DNA from: Armatimonadota bacterium
GTDB lineage: Bacteria > Sysuimicrobiota > Sysuimicrobiia > Sysuimicrobiales > Sysuimicrobiaceae
Direction: 5' to 3'
NCBI GenBank assembly: GCA_025060455.1
Contig: JANXBY010000025.1
Coordinates: 4,867 to 68,866, forward strand
Length of the DNA stretch: 64,000 bases
Below are positions 50,221-61,141 of the stretch, piece by piece. Each line of letters opens with the position of its first letter. Positions within the stretch are counted from its first letter, which is position 1. The position numbers and the translations under genes are program-made. The notes under the pieces were generated by a model. It did no database searches. It saw only the letters and a program-made list of their open reading frames with translations, and had not been told where the DNA came from.

Positions 50221-52190
50221 CCTTCCCCCTCCAGCCGCCGGATCTCCATCACGGGGTGCAGGGTCGCCACGCGGCCGTCCTCGTACCGGACGGTCACCGT
50301 GGCTTGGAACCGCGGTTCTCCCGCGTACACCGCGTCCACCAGGTGGCGGTACCGGTCCAGGATGTGGCGCCGGCGTAGCTTGCGGGTGCGGGTCAGCTCG
50401 TCGTCGTCGGGGTGGAACTCCTTGTACAGGGACACGAACGCGCGCACCCGCCAGGCGGGCTGCAGGCGGGCGTTGGTCTCCCGGACCAGCCGCTCCAGGA
50501 GGTCCAGGACCTCCGGCTTCTGGGACAGGTCCATGTACGAGGTGTAGGCGATCCCCCGGTCCTCCGCCCACTTGCCCACGTTCTGAAAGTCGATGTTGAG
50601 GATGGCGGCCAGGTACCGCCGGCCTTCGCCCAGGACCATGGCCTGCTGCACATACGGCGTGAACTTCAGCATGTCCTCGATGACCCGGGGCGGGATCCGG
50701 GTCCCGTCCTCCAGGGTGATGATGTCCCCGCTGCGGTCGAACAGGATGATGTCCCCGCTGGGGTCCAGGACCCCCGTGTCGCCGGAGTACAGCCATCCGT
50801 CCCGCAGGGCCTCCCGGGTGGCTTCGGGGTTCTTGTAGTAGCCGAGGAACACCGACGGGCTGCGCGTGACGATCTCCTGCTGGTCCGTGATCCGGATCTC
50901 CGTGTTGGCGATGGGGGCGCCCATGGTCCAGAACCGCACCTGCCCGTCCCGGTGCACGCAGGAGATCCCCGCCACCTCCGTCTGCCCGTAGATCTGCTTG
51001 AGGTTCAGCCCCAGCCCGCGGAAGAACCGGAAGTAGTCCGGACCCAAGGACGCGCCGCCGTTCCACGCCACCCGCATGCGCACCATCCCCACCTTGTCCA
51101 GCAGGGGCCGGTACACGGTCCAGTAGCACACCGTCCACAGCAGCCGCAGCCAACCCGGCAGCCGCTGGCCGGAGGCCTCCAGGTCCACCCGGCGGGAGGC
51201 CACGGCCATGGCGGCCTCGTACACCCGGCGGCGCAGGGGCCCGGAGTCCAGCATGCGCACGGTGACCGCGGAGTGGATGCCCTCGTAGATGCGGGCCGGG
51301 GCGAACATGAAGTGCGGGCCGATCTCCCGCAGGTCCCGCTGGGCCGTCTCGGGCTCTTCGGGGAAGTTCACCGTGAACCCCACCAGCTGGTGGAGGGTGA
51401 AGGAGATCATCTGCTCGCCGATCCACGCGAAGGGCAGGAAGCTCACGAACTCGTCCGCCTCGGTCACGTGGGGTTCCACCGCCAGGAAGTTTTCCCCCTG
51501 GGCCAGCAGGTTGCGGTGGGACAGCATGGCCAGCTTCGGCAGGGAGGTTGTACCCGAGGTGAGGCAGAAGATGGCCACGTCGTCCCCGCGGCCCCGGGCC
51601 ACCTCCTGCAGGAACCGGTCCGGGTGGTCCCTCAGGTAGTCCCGCCCCATGGCCTCCAGGTCCGTGAACCGCAGGAGCTTGGGATGGCGGTAGCGCCACA
51701 TGCCGCGCCAGTCGTCCACCACCACCCGCTCCACCTTGGGAAGGCGCGCCTCCATGGCGAGAACCTTGTCCACCTGCTCCTGGTCCTCGCAGAACACGAA
51801 CCGCGCGTCGGAGAAGTCCACCAGCTCCGCCAGCTGGTCCGCCAGGGTGTCCTGGTACATGCCGCAGGACACGCCACCCAAGGCCTGGGCCGCCATGGCC
51901 ACGTAGTACAGCTCCGGCCGGTTGTCGCCCACCAGCGCCATCACGTCTCCTCGGCGCATCCCCAGAGCCAGCAGCCCACCCGCGCACGCCCGCACGTGGT
52001 CCAGGTACTCCCGCCACGTGATCTCGCGCCAGATCCCGAACTCCTTTTCGCGGAAGGCCACCCGGTCGCCGAACCGGTTCGCGTTGTGCACCAGCCGCTT
52101 GGGGAAGGTATCCAGGGCCTGCAGGGAGGCCCGGACCTCCTCGGGCGACAGAAGCGGGCTGGGCCGCTCCAGGACCGTCTGGGCGCTCAT
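50217..52190 (-). CDS. Long-chain acyl-CoA synthetase (AMP-binding)
   Basis: LTSGTTSLPK, SFLPFAWI.EQ, YGQTE, SGDTG, ELTRTRKLRR. Confidence 0.9.
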   Translation of the reverse strand: MSAQTVLERPSPLLSPEEVRASLQALDTFPKRLVHNANRFGDRVAFREKEFGIWREITWREYLDHVRACAGGLLALGMRRGDVMALVGDNRPELYYVAMAAQALGGVSCGMYQDTLADQLAELVDFSDARFVFCEDQEQVDKVLAMEARLPKVERVVVDDWRGMWRYRHPKLLRFTDLEAMGRDYLRDHPDRFLQEVARGRGDDVAIFCLTSGTTSLPKLAMLSHRNLLAQGENFLAVEPHVTEADEFVSFLPFAWIGEQMISFTLHQLVGFTVNFPEEPETAQRDLREIGPHFMFAPARIYEGIHSAVTVRMLDSGPLRRRVYEAAMAVASRRVDLEASGQRLPGWLRLLWTVCYWTVYRPLLDKVGMVRMRVAWNGGASLGPDYFRFFRGLGLNLKQIYGQTEVAGISCVHRDGQVRFWTMGAPIANTEIRITDQQEIVTRSPSVFLGYYKNPEATREALRDGWLYSGDTGVLDPSGDIILFDRSGDIITLEDGTRIPPRVIEDMLKFTPYVQQAMVLGEGRRYLAAILNIDFQNVGKWAEDRGIAYTSYMDLSQKPEVLDLLERLVRETNARLQPAWRVRAFVSLYKEFHPDDDELTRTRKLRRRHILDRYRHLVDAVYAGEPRFQATVTVRYEDGRVATLHPVMEIRRLEGEG

Positions 52191-53005
52191 GGGCCGCCTG
52201 CCACCTCCTCTGCCACCCCGTGCTCCTCGCCGAGGTACGCCCGGATCACGTCGGGGTGCTGCTGGACCTCCTTGGGGGGGCCTTCTGCAATCTTGCGGCC
52301 GTAGTCCATGGCCAGAAGCCGGTCGCACAGGTCCATGACCACACCCATGTCGTGCTCGATGAGGATCATGGAAAGCCCCCGGACCTCGCGCAGCTCCAGG
52401 ATGTAGCGGGCCATGTCCGCCTTCTCGTCCACCGTCATCCCCGCCATGGGCTCGTCCAGGAGCAGCAGGCGGGGTTCCATAGCCAGGGCGCGGCCCAGCT
52501 CCACCTTCTTCTGGATGCCGTAGGGCAGTTCCGCCACCCGGTGGTCCCGGTACGCCTCGATCTCCAGGAAGTCGATGATCTCCTCCACCCGCTGTCGGTG
52601 CCGCAACACCTCCCGCTGTCCGAAGCCCCAGTACACCCCGCAGCCCAGCAGGGAGCTGCGCATGTGCACCAGGCGGCCCGACAGGATGTTCTGCAGCACC
52701 GTCATGTGAGGGTAGAGGGCGATGTTCTGGAAGGTGCGGGCGATGCCCGTGGAGGCGCGGGCGTGGGGCGGCAGGTGGGTGATGTCCCGGCCCAAGAAGA
52801 AAACCTGGCCTGCCTGCGGCCGGTAGAACCCGTTGATGCAGTTGAGAACGCTGGTCTTCCCGGCCCCGTTGGGCCCGATGATGCCCAGCAGCTCTCCTGC
52901 GTGCAGGCTGAACGACAGGTCCGAGACCGCCACCACCCCCGCAAAGCGCACCGTCATCCTGCGCACGCTGAGGACCGTGTCCACCAGCGGGACCCCTTCC
53001 GCCAC
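52187..53005 (-). CDS. livG: Liv-type ABC ATPase (LivG-like)
   Basis: GPNGAGKTS, ARTFQN, LPYGIQK, DEPMAG, IEHDM, YLG. Confidence 0.92.
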   Translation of the reverse strand: MAEGVPLVDTVLSVRRMTVRFAGVVAVSDLSFSLHAGELLGIIGPNGAGKTSVLNCINGFYRPQAGQVFFLGRDITHLPPHARASTGIARTFQNIALYPHMTVLQNILSGRLVHMRSSLLGCGVYWGFGQREVLRHRQRVEEIIDFLEIEAYRDHRVAELPYGIQKKVELGRALAMEPRLLLLDEPMAGMTVDEKADMARYILELREVRGLSMILIEHDMGVVMDLCDRLLAMDYGRKIAEGPPKEVQQHPDVIRAYLGEEHGVAEEVAGGP

Positions 53006-53012
53006 CCTGGCG

Positions 53013-53714
53013 TCAGGGTACGCGTTGTGCGGGGCTTTCTCCTGCTGAGGAGTCCGAGGGTTCTTCCGCCCCCACCCACCGCGCCCCGCCCTCCCACACC
53101 TCTTTCTTCCAGATGGGTACCCGGACTTTGAGGGCGTCGATGGCGTACCGGCCGGCTTCGAAGGCCTCCCGGCGGTGCGGGGCGGCCACGGCCACCGCCA
53201 CGCTCACCTCCCCAACCTCGAGGCTGCCGACCCGGTGCTCCATGGCCAGGGTTACTAGCGGCCACCGCTGCAGCGCCTCCTGGGCGATGCGCTCCATCTC
53301 CGCCCGGGCCAGGCGCTCGTACGCCTCGTACTCCAGGTGCAGCACCCGGGGGCCGGTCGGGTTGTCCCGCACCGTGCCCAAAAACAGCACCACCGCTCCC
53401 GCATGGGGATGGCGCACCCTGGCCAGCAGCTCCTCCACGCGGATGGGGCCGTCCACCAGGGCCACGTGCACGCTTCCGCCGCTCACCGGCGGAATCAAGG
53501 TGAGCTCGTCGTCCTCCCGCAGGGGGTGGTCCGGCTGCACGTACCGGTCGTCCACCGCAAACGCGGGTGCGGGAAACCGGGCCAGCTGGGGGTACAGGGC
53601 TACAAGGCCCCTCCACGCGTCGGAGGCTGCCGCGGACCCGCCCACTTCCAGCTCCACCAGCGGGGAGCCTACCGCCTCCCGGTACGCAGCGAAGAGCCTC
53701 AACCGCACCCGCAC
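53013..53714 (-). CDS. MoaD-MoaE fusion (molybdopterin synthase, MoaX-like)
   Basis: MoaD part RLFAAYREAVG...LIPPVSGG in frame with MoaE part GAVVLFLGTVR, YEAYE, HRVG, PHRREAF, PIWKKE. GTG start inferred from GGGAGGT; alternative ATG at 53735. Confidence 0.92.
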   Translation of the reverse strand: MRVRLRLFAAYREAVGSPLVELEVGGSAAASDAWRGLVALYPQLARFPAPAFAVDDRYVQPDHPLREDDELTLIPPVSGGSVHVALVDGPIRVEELLARVRHPHAGAVVLFLGTVRDNPTGPRVLHLEYEAYERLARAEMERIAQEALQRWPLVTLAMEHRVGSLEVGEVSVAVAVAAPHRREAFEAGRYAIDALKVRVPIWKKEVWEGGARWVGAEEPSDSSAGESPAQRVP

Positions 53715-53777
53715 ACGGGCTACCTCCCGGGCCATTCTACCGTACCGGGCCCGTGGTCCCCCAAAATAGGGAAGGCC

Positions 53778-54656
53778 ATGCGGATCCTGGACCCGTACGC
53801 CGTGCCGGGCGAAGACCGGAGGGCACAGCTGCACGTACACACCACGGCCTCTGACGGACAGTACACCCCGCAGGCGGTGGCAGAGCGGTACCGGTCCCGG
53901 GGCTTCAGCTTTCTCGCCCTTACCGACCACAACGTGGTGGCGTGTACCGAGGGTCTGTCGGACGCGGAGTTCTGCGTGGTCCCTGGGGTGGAGGTCACCG
54001 TCCCCGCGCCCTTCCGGCCCCTGGGCCCACACCTCGGCTGCCTGCTGGTCCGGTCGGTACCCGGGGGCCGGGACCCACAACGGTTGGTGGACCAGGTGGC
54101 ACAACAGGGTGGGCTGGCGGGGCTGAACCACCCTTCCTGGGGTGGCAACCTGTGGACCGCGCGGTGGAGTCCACAGCGCACCCGCCGCCTTCGCGGGGTT
54201 CGCTTCGTGGAGGTGTGGAACCCGCACTCCGACCCCGACGAGGACACCCGGCGGTGGGTGGAGGTGGTACGGCTGAACGGGCCGGGCCACGTGGTGTTCC
54301 CCGTGGCCTCCGACGACTTCCACCGTGACGGCCAGCTGGGCCACGGGTGGGTGGTGGTGCGCACCGAGAAGGTCACCGAGGACGCCCTGCGGGAGGCCTT
54401 AGAACGCGGTTCGGTGTACGCCACCACCGGCCCTCAGGCGCACTTCGGAGTGCGAGCGGGATGCGTGGTGGTGGAAAGCGACGCCACCCGGGTGTGCTTC
54501 TACGACGGCCACGGCCAGCTGAAAGCCGCCTTCGCGACCGGGGCCGGCGAGTACGAACCGTCGCCCGGCGACACTTTCGTCTACGCGGAGTGCCTCGGCC
54601 GCGGCGCAGGCCGCGCCTGGTCGGCCCCCTTCTGGATCCTGCCTGAAAAGCGGTGA
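53778..54656 (+). CDS. PHP-domain metallohydrolase
   Basis: LHVHTTASDG, LTDHN, PGVE, NHP, ASDDFH. Confidence 0.85.
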   Translation: MRILDPYAVPGEDRRAQLHVHTTASDGQYTPQAVAERYRSRGFSFLALTDHNVVACTEGLSDAEFCVVPGVEVTVPAPFRPLGPHLGCLLVRSVPGGRDPQRLVDQVAQQGGLAGLNHPSWGGNLWTARWSPQRTRRLRGVRFVEVWNPHSDPDEDTRRWVEVVRLNGPGHVVFPVASDDFHRDGQLGHGWVVVRTEKVTEDALREALERGSVYATTGPQAHFGVRAGCVVVESDATRVCFYDGHGQLKAAFATGAGEYEPSPGDTFVYAECLGRGAGRAWSAPFWILPEKR

Positions 54657-54660
54657 CCCG

Positions 54661-56631
<1,971 letters not shown>

Positions 56632-56702
56632 ACAGCCCCCCTTCCTCACTGGTCCGGTTGGTCCGAACGGTCCTGCTCTGGAGTTCGCCCGTCCCGGGGC
56701 GT

Positions 56703-58619
56703 TCACCTGCCGAGCTCTGACTGGAGCTGGCGCCAGGCCGCCCGGGCTTCCTCCACCGACCCCTCGTCCTCGATGGTGGTGATGTCCCCGGGGTCGCGGC
56801 CGAGGATCACCGACCGCAGGACCCGCCGCATGATCTTGCCGCTGCGCGTCTTCGGCAACATGGAGACGAAGTTCACTTCACCGATCACGGCTACCGGCCC
56901 CAGCTCCCGCCGGACGGTGTCCACCAGCTCCTGCCGCAGGGCGGGGGAGGGGTCGTGACCCTGCTTGAGCACCACGAAGGCGGAGATCACCTCCCCCCGC
57001 ACCTCGTCGGGGCGGCCTACCACCCCGGCCTCCGCCACCGCGGGGTGCTTGAGGAAAGCGGTCTCCACCTCGATGGTGCCGATCCGGTGGGCGGCGATCT
57101 TGATCACCTCGTCCGCCCGGCCCGCAAACCACACGTAGCCGTCGGCGTCGAACTGCGCTGCGTCTCCCGTGAAGTAGACGTCGTGGCCCGGGATCCGCTG
57201 CCAGTAGTCCCGGGCGTACCGCTCCGGCTCCCCCCACAGGGTGGGGGTAAGGCTGGGGAAGGGCCGGCGGATCACCAGGATCCCGCGCTCCCCCGGACCG
57301 CACAGCTCGCCTTCCGGGGTCATGACCGCCACCTCCATGCCCGGGAGCGGCATTCCCGCAGAGCCAGGCTTGATGGGCAGCTGGCAGACCCCGTAGGGGT
57401 TCCCGATCACCGGCCCTCCCGTCTCCGTCTGCCACCAGTGGTCGATCACGGGGACGCGATCCTCCAGCACCTTCTTCTGGAGCCACTCCCACGCGGGCGC
57501 GTTCAACACCTCCCCGGCGCACACCACACGCTCCAGAGACGAACGGTCGTACCGCAGGGCCGGTTCCTCCCCGTACTTCATGAGGAGTCGCACCCCGGTG
57601 GGTGAGGTGAAGATACCGGTGATCCGCAGCTCCTCTACGATGCGCCAGGGGGTCTCCGGCCCCGGGTGGTCCAGGGCACCCTCGTACGCCACGGTGGTGC
57701 AGCCCGCCAGCAGAGGCGCGTAGACGATATAACTGTGCCCGACCACCCACCCGATGTCGGAGGTGGACCACCACACGTCTTCGGGCTTCAGCCCGAAGCA
57801 CCACCGGCCCACGCTGTGGATGCCCACCTGGTAGCCCCCGTGGGTGTGCACCGCCAGCTTGGGCTTGGCCGTCGTGCCTGAGGTGGCCAGGATGTAGGCA
57901 GGCTCGTTGGCCTCCATGGGCTCGAACTCGGACGGCTGTCCATCGGCCCGGGCCAGGAACTGGTCCCACCGCAGGTCCCGGCCTGGCTCCAAGGAGGCAC
58001 CTTCCGAGCTGCGTTCCAGGACGACCACGTGTTCGACCCCTCCGCGCACCTGCCGCAGCGCTTGGTCCACGACGCCCTTCAGGGGTACCTGGGCTCCCTT
58101 CCGGTAGGTGACGTCCGCGGTGAACACCACCCTGGAGCCGCTGGCGTGGATCCGGTCTGCGAGGGCACCCGAGCCGAACCCCGCGAACACCACGGAGTGG
58201 ATCGCCCCCACGCGCACGCAGGCTACCATCAGGGCGATGGCCTCGGGGCAGGTGGGCATGTAGAGGGTGATCCGGTCGCCCTTGCGTACTCCCAGCCCCC
58301 GCAGGGCGGCGCTCAGCCGGCGGACCAAGTGCAGGAGTTGCCCGTAGGTGAGCACGCGGCGTTCCCCGCGCTCGTTGGCGTACACCAGGGCTGCCCGGCC
58401 GGCCCTGCCGAACTCCACGTGCCGGTCCACCGAGTTGTAGGCGAGGTTGGTGAGCGCCCCCTCGAACCAGCGGAACGAAGCACCTTCGCGGCGGTACACC
58501 CGATCCCACGGTCGCAGCCACGGAAGAGCCTGGGCCGCCCGGGCCCAGAACCCTTCGGGGTCGGCCCGGGCGGCCTGCACCATCCACCGGACCTGCGGAG
58601 GGACCAGCTCCACGGTCAC
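56703..58619 (-). CDS. Second acetate/propionate--CoA ligase paralogue
   Basis: [41 protein letters not shown]. Confidence 0.92.
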   Translation of the reverse strand: MTVELVPPQVRWMVQAARADPEGFWARAAQALPWLRPWDRVYRREGASFRWFEGALTNLAYNSVDRHVEFGRAGRAALVYANERGERRVLTYGQLLHLVRRLSAALRGLGVRKGDRITLYMPTCPEAIALMVACVRVGAIHSVVFAGFGSGALADRIHASGSRVVFTADVTYRKGAQVPLKGVVDQALRQVRGGVEHVVVLERSSEGASLEPGRDLRWDQFLARADGQPSEFEPMEANEPAYILATSGTTAKPKLAVHTHGGYQVGIHSVGRWCFGLKPEDVWWSTSDIGWVVGHSYIVYAPLLAGCTTVAYEGALDHPGPETPWRIVEELRITGIFTSPTGVRLLMKYGEEPALRYDRSSLERVVCAGEVLNAPAWEWLQKKVLEDRVPVIDHWWQTETGGPVIGNPYGVCQLPIKPGSAGMPLPGMEVAVMTPEGELCGPGERGILVIRRPFPSLTPTLWGEPERYARDYWQRIPGHDVYFTGDAAQFDADGYVWFAGRADEVIKIAAHRIGTIEVETAFLKHPAVAEAGVVGRPDEVRGEVISAFVVLKQGHDPSPALRQELVDTVRRELGPVAVIGEVNFVSMLPKTRSGKIMRRVLRSVILGRDPGDITTIEDEGSVEEARAAWRQLQSELGR

Positions 58620-58638
58620 AGCACCCTCCGCGGCGTCC

Positions 58639-60450
58639 TTAGCGGGTGGCCCGCCGGTCCTCCTCCTGCGAGGCGCCCGCTACCGCGGGCACCCGCGCCA
58701 GCTCCGGTAGCCGCATGCGATCCACGAACCGCATGACCGCCTCACCCTCCGGCTGCGTCAGCAAGGAGACCACCACGGAGACGACCAGGTTCACCAGGAA
58801 CGCGACGCACCCCCACCCGATGGTTCCCACGGGCTGGCCGAACAGCGAGAGGGGCCGCGCCTGGAAGACGCCCACGGCCAGAACGTACGGCAGGGCGGTG
58901 GCCATGCCCGCCACCATGCCCCACACGATCCCGTACCGGTTCAGCCGCTTCCAGAAGGTCCCCAGCACCACCGCGGGGGTGAAGCTGGCGGCGGCGAACA
59001 CGAAGGCCCAGCCCACGAGCAGCGCCACGTACAGGGCGAACCGAGGGTCCTGGATGGCCAGGAACGCCAGGAAGCTGGCGGCCACCGATAGGATCATGAC
59101 CAGCACCCGCGTCATCCGGATCTCCACTTCCTCCGGGACGTTGGGGTTGATGAAGCGGTGGTAGATGTCTCGGGTAATCCCCGTCACCATCACCATCAGA
59201 AGCCCGTCCGCGGTGCTGAGGGCGGCAGCCAGCCCGCCCACCGCGACGAAGGGCGCGACCCACCACGCGAGGTTCCACATGTCGGGCATGCCGATGACCA
59301 CGATGTCCCCGTGGAAGGTGAGCTCCGCGGCCTGTAGGACCCCGTCGCCGTTGGCGTCGTTGATCTTGATGAGCCCCGTGGGCAGGAACTTCGCCACCCA
59401 CGGCACGTTCTGGACCTCCGCGATGGGCTTGCCCCACAGCCCGCTGAAGGCGTAGCGGGCCATGGCCGCGTACATGGGCGCAGTGCAGTAGAGTAGCCCG
59501 ATGAAGAACAGGGCCCAGCCGACGCTCAGGCGCGCTGCCGAGGCGGTGGGCGTGGTGTAGGAGCGCATGAGGATGTGCGGCAGGCCGATGGTGCCCAGCA
59601 TGAGCAACAGCGCCGACAGGATCCAGTTCAGCTGGCCCGAGGCGCCGCCGAGGGGCTTGGCAAACGGCGTGGTCCAGGGGGGTAATCCCGCCTGGGCCTC
59701 CCGGGACTGCAGCGCCTGGATCAACTCTCCGTACCCGAACCAGGGGAGCGGTTTCCAGATCCCCACGATGCTGGCGACGATCAGCGCCGCCCCCAGGTAG
59801 GCGATGATGAGCACGATGTACTGGGCGAACTGGGTCCACGTGATGCTCTTCCAGCCGCCGCTGGCCGCGTAGATGCCCATCCCGAAGAGGGCACCGAACA
59901 CGCCGATCTGGGCGGGGATCCCCAGGAACCGGCTGAACACCACGCCGGCACCCACCAGCTGGGCGGTCAGGTAGACGAGGGACGTGATGAACAGCATGAT
60001 GACCGCGATGACCCGGGCGGGGCCGTACCCGCCAGCCCGGGTCTCCACCAGGTCGGGCACCGTCCACGTGTGGGACTTGCGGACGTAGGGGGCAATGAAG
60101 AAGGCATGGATGGTATAGCCCAAGGTCCAGCCGATGATGTAGGGAAGTCCGTCGTAGCCCAGAAGGGCGATGGCGCCGGCCATACTGAGGAAGCTGGCCG
60201 CGCTCATCCAGTCGGCAGCGGTGGCCGCGCCGTTGATCACGGGCGGGATTCTCCGCTCTGCCACGTACAGGGCGTGGGCCGTGGTCCCGCGGGCCACGTA
60301 CGCGATGGCGATGTACATGAGGATCGAGCCAATGACCATCCACGCGGACGCCACCCGGGGGCCGAGCAGCGCCGCCACGAGGACGATGGAGACCACGTAC
60401 CCCACGACGCTGGGGATCAACACACGTCGGACCTCTGGATGTACGCGCAT
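58639..60450 (-). CDS. actP: Cation/acetate symporter ActP-like (SSS family, VC_2705 subfamily)
   Basis: GAATAADWMSAASF, GWTLG, GGWKSITWTQ, GTIGLPHIL, GGLAAALSTADGLL. Confidence 0.9.
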   Translation of the reverse strand: MRVHPEVRRVLIPSVVGYVVSIVLVAALLGPRVASAWMVIGSILMYIAIAYVARGTTAHALYVAERRIPPVINGAATAADWMSAASFLSMAGAIALLGYDGLPYIIGWTLGYTIHAFFIAPYVRKSHTWTVPDLVETRAGGYGPARVIAVIMLFITSLVYLTAQLVGAGVVFSRFLGIPAQIGVFGALFGMGIYAASGGWKSITWTQFAQYIVLIIAYLGAALIVASIVGIWKPLPWFGYGELIQALQSREAQAGLPPWTTPFAKPLGGASGQLNWILSALLLMLGTIGLPHILMRSYTTPTASAARLSVGWALFFIGLLYCTAPMYAAMARYAFSGLWGKPIAEVQNVPWVAKFLPTGLIKINDANGDGVLQAAELTFHGDIVVIGMPDMWNLAWWVAPFVAVGGLAAALSTADGLLMVMVTGITRDIYHRFINPNVPEEVEIRMTRVLVMILSVAASFLAFLAIQDPRFALYVALLVGWAFVFAAASFTPAVVLGTFWKRLNRYGIVWGMVAGMATALPYVLAVGVFQARPLSLFGQPVGTIGWGCVAFLVNLVVSVVVSLLTQPEGEAVMRFVDRMRLPELARVPAVAGASQEEDRRATR

Positions 60451-60460
60451 CGCTGCCCTC

Positions 60461-60835
60461 CTACGGCCGCTGGGCTCCGCTGGGGGTCACCCCCGCGAGG
60501 CGCAGGCTCATCTTCACGTCCTCCGGCAACTGGTCCCAGTCCGCCAGGGCGTGGGCGCGGAACTGCTCGTCCACCCGTTCCATGACCCAGTGGTATACGA
60601 AGATCATGAGGACCCCAGCCCAGATGCTGAAGAAGGCAGCCAGGTACCAGTGCAGGGGCATGTTGCCGAACAACAGGACGTTCCGCCATGCGTGCGGGGC
60701 GGGGATGTGCCACCAGACCGCGATCACCGTCCACAGCAGGAAGAAGACCGCGGTGACGCGGACCAACCGGCTCCAGTACCACGCCTTGTGAGGTTCCGGC
60801 AGGTGCTCTTCGGGAAACTCGACGGGCGCTGCCAC
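60461..60835 (-). CDS. DUF4212 small subunit of solute symporter
   Basis: YW....R, GNMPLHWYLAA, IFVY..VMERVD; immediately upstream of the SSS gene. Confidence 0.8.
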   Translation of the reverse strand: MAAPVEFPEEHLPEPHKAWYWSRLVRVTAVFFLLWTVIAVWWHIPAPHAWRNVLLFGNMPLHWYLAAFFSIWAGVLMIFVYHWVMERVDEQFRAHALADWDQLPEDVKMSLRLAGVTPSGAQRP

Positions 60836-61046
60836 GTACCTCCCCCCTTTCCGCCGTGGATCCGGCGCTGGAGTGCACTTGATGTGTGCGGGAGCCGACC
60901 CCCGACTGTTGCGTAGAGCCCGGCGGGCAACTTGGCAAGACTTCTTCGGTGAGCGGGGCTTCCGAGGCGGCGAGGAGGGGCGCGAGGCGGGTTGGACGCG
61001 GAGACCAGGACGGCGAACCGGCCAAAAAGCGCCGTGACCTGCACCG

Positions 61047-61076
61047 TGAGCGGTGGCCGGAGGCGGGGTGAGTGGG
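61047..61076 (-). promoter_or_regulatory. Candidate LytTR (BtsR/YehT-like) direct-repeat site
   Basis: Minus strand CCCACTCA-14bp-ACCGCTCA versus ACC[G/A]CT[C/T]A; third copy CCCGCTCA at 60950-60957. Confidence 0.4.
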
Positions 61077-61141
61077 GAGCAGGGCAGCTAGGGTGCTGGC
61101 AAAATGTTAGTGTAGGACGGGCTCCAGTCGAGGGGTGGAGG

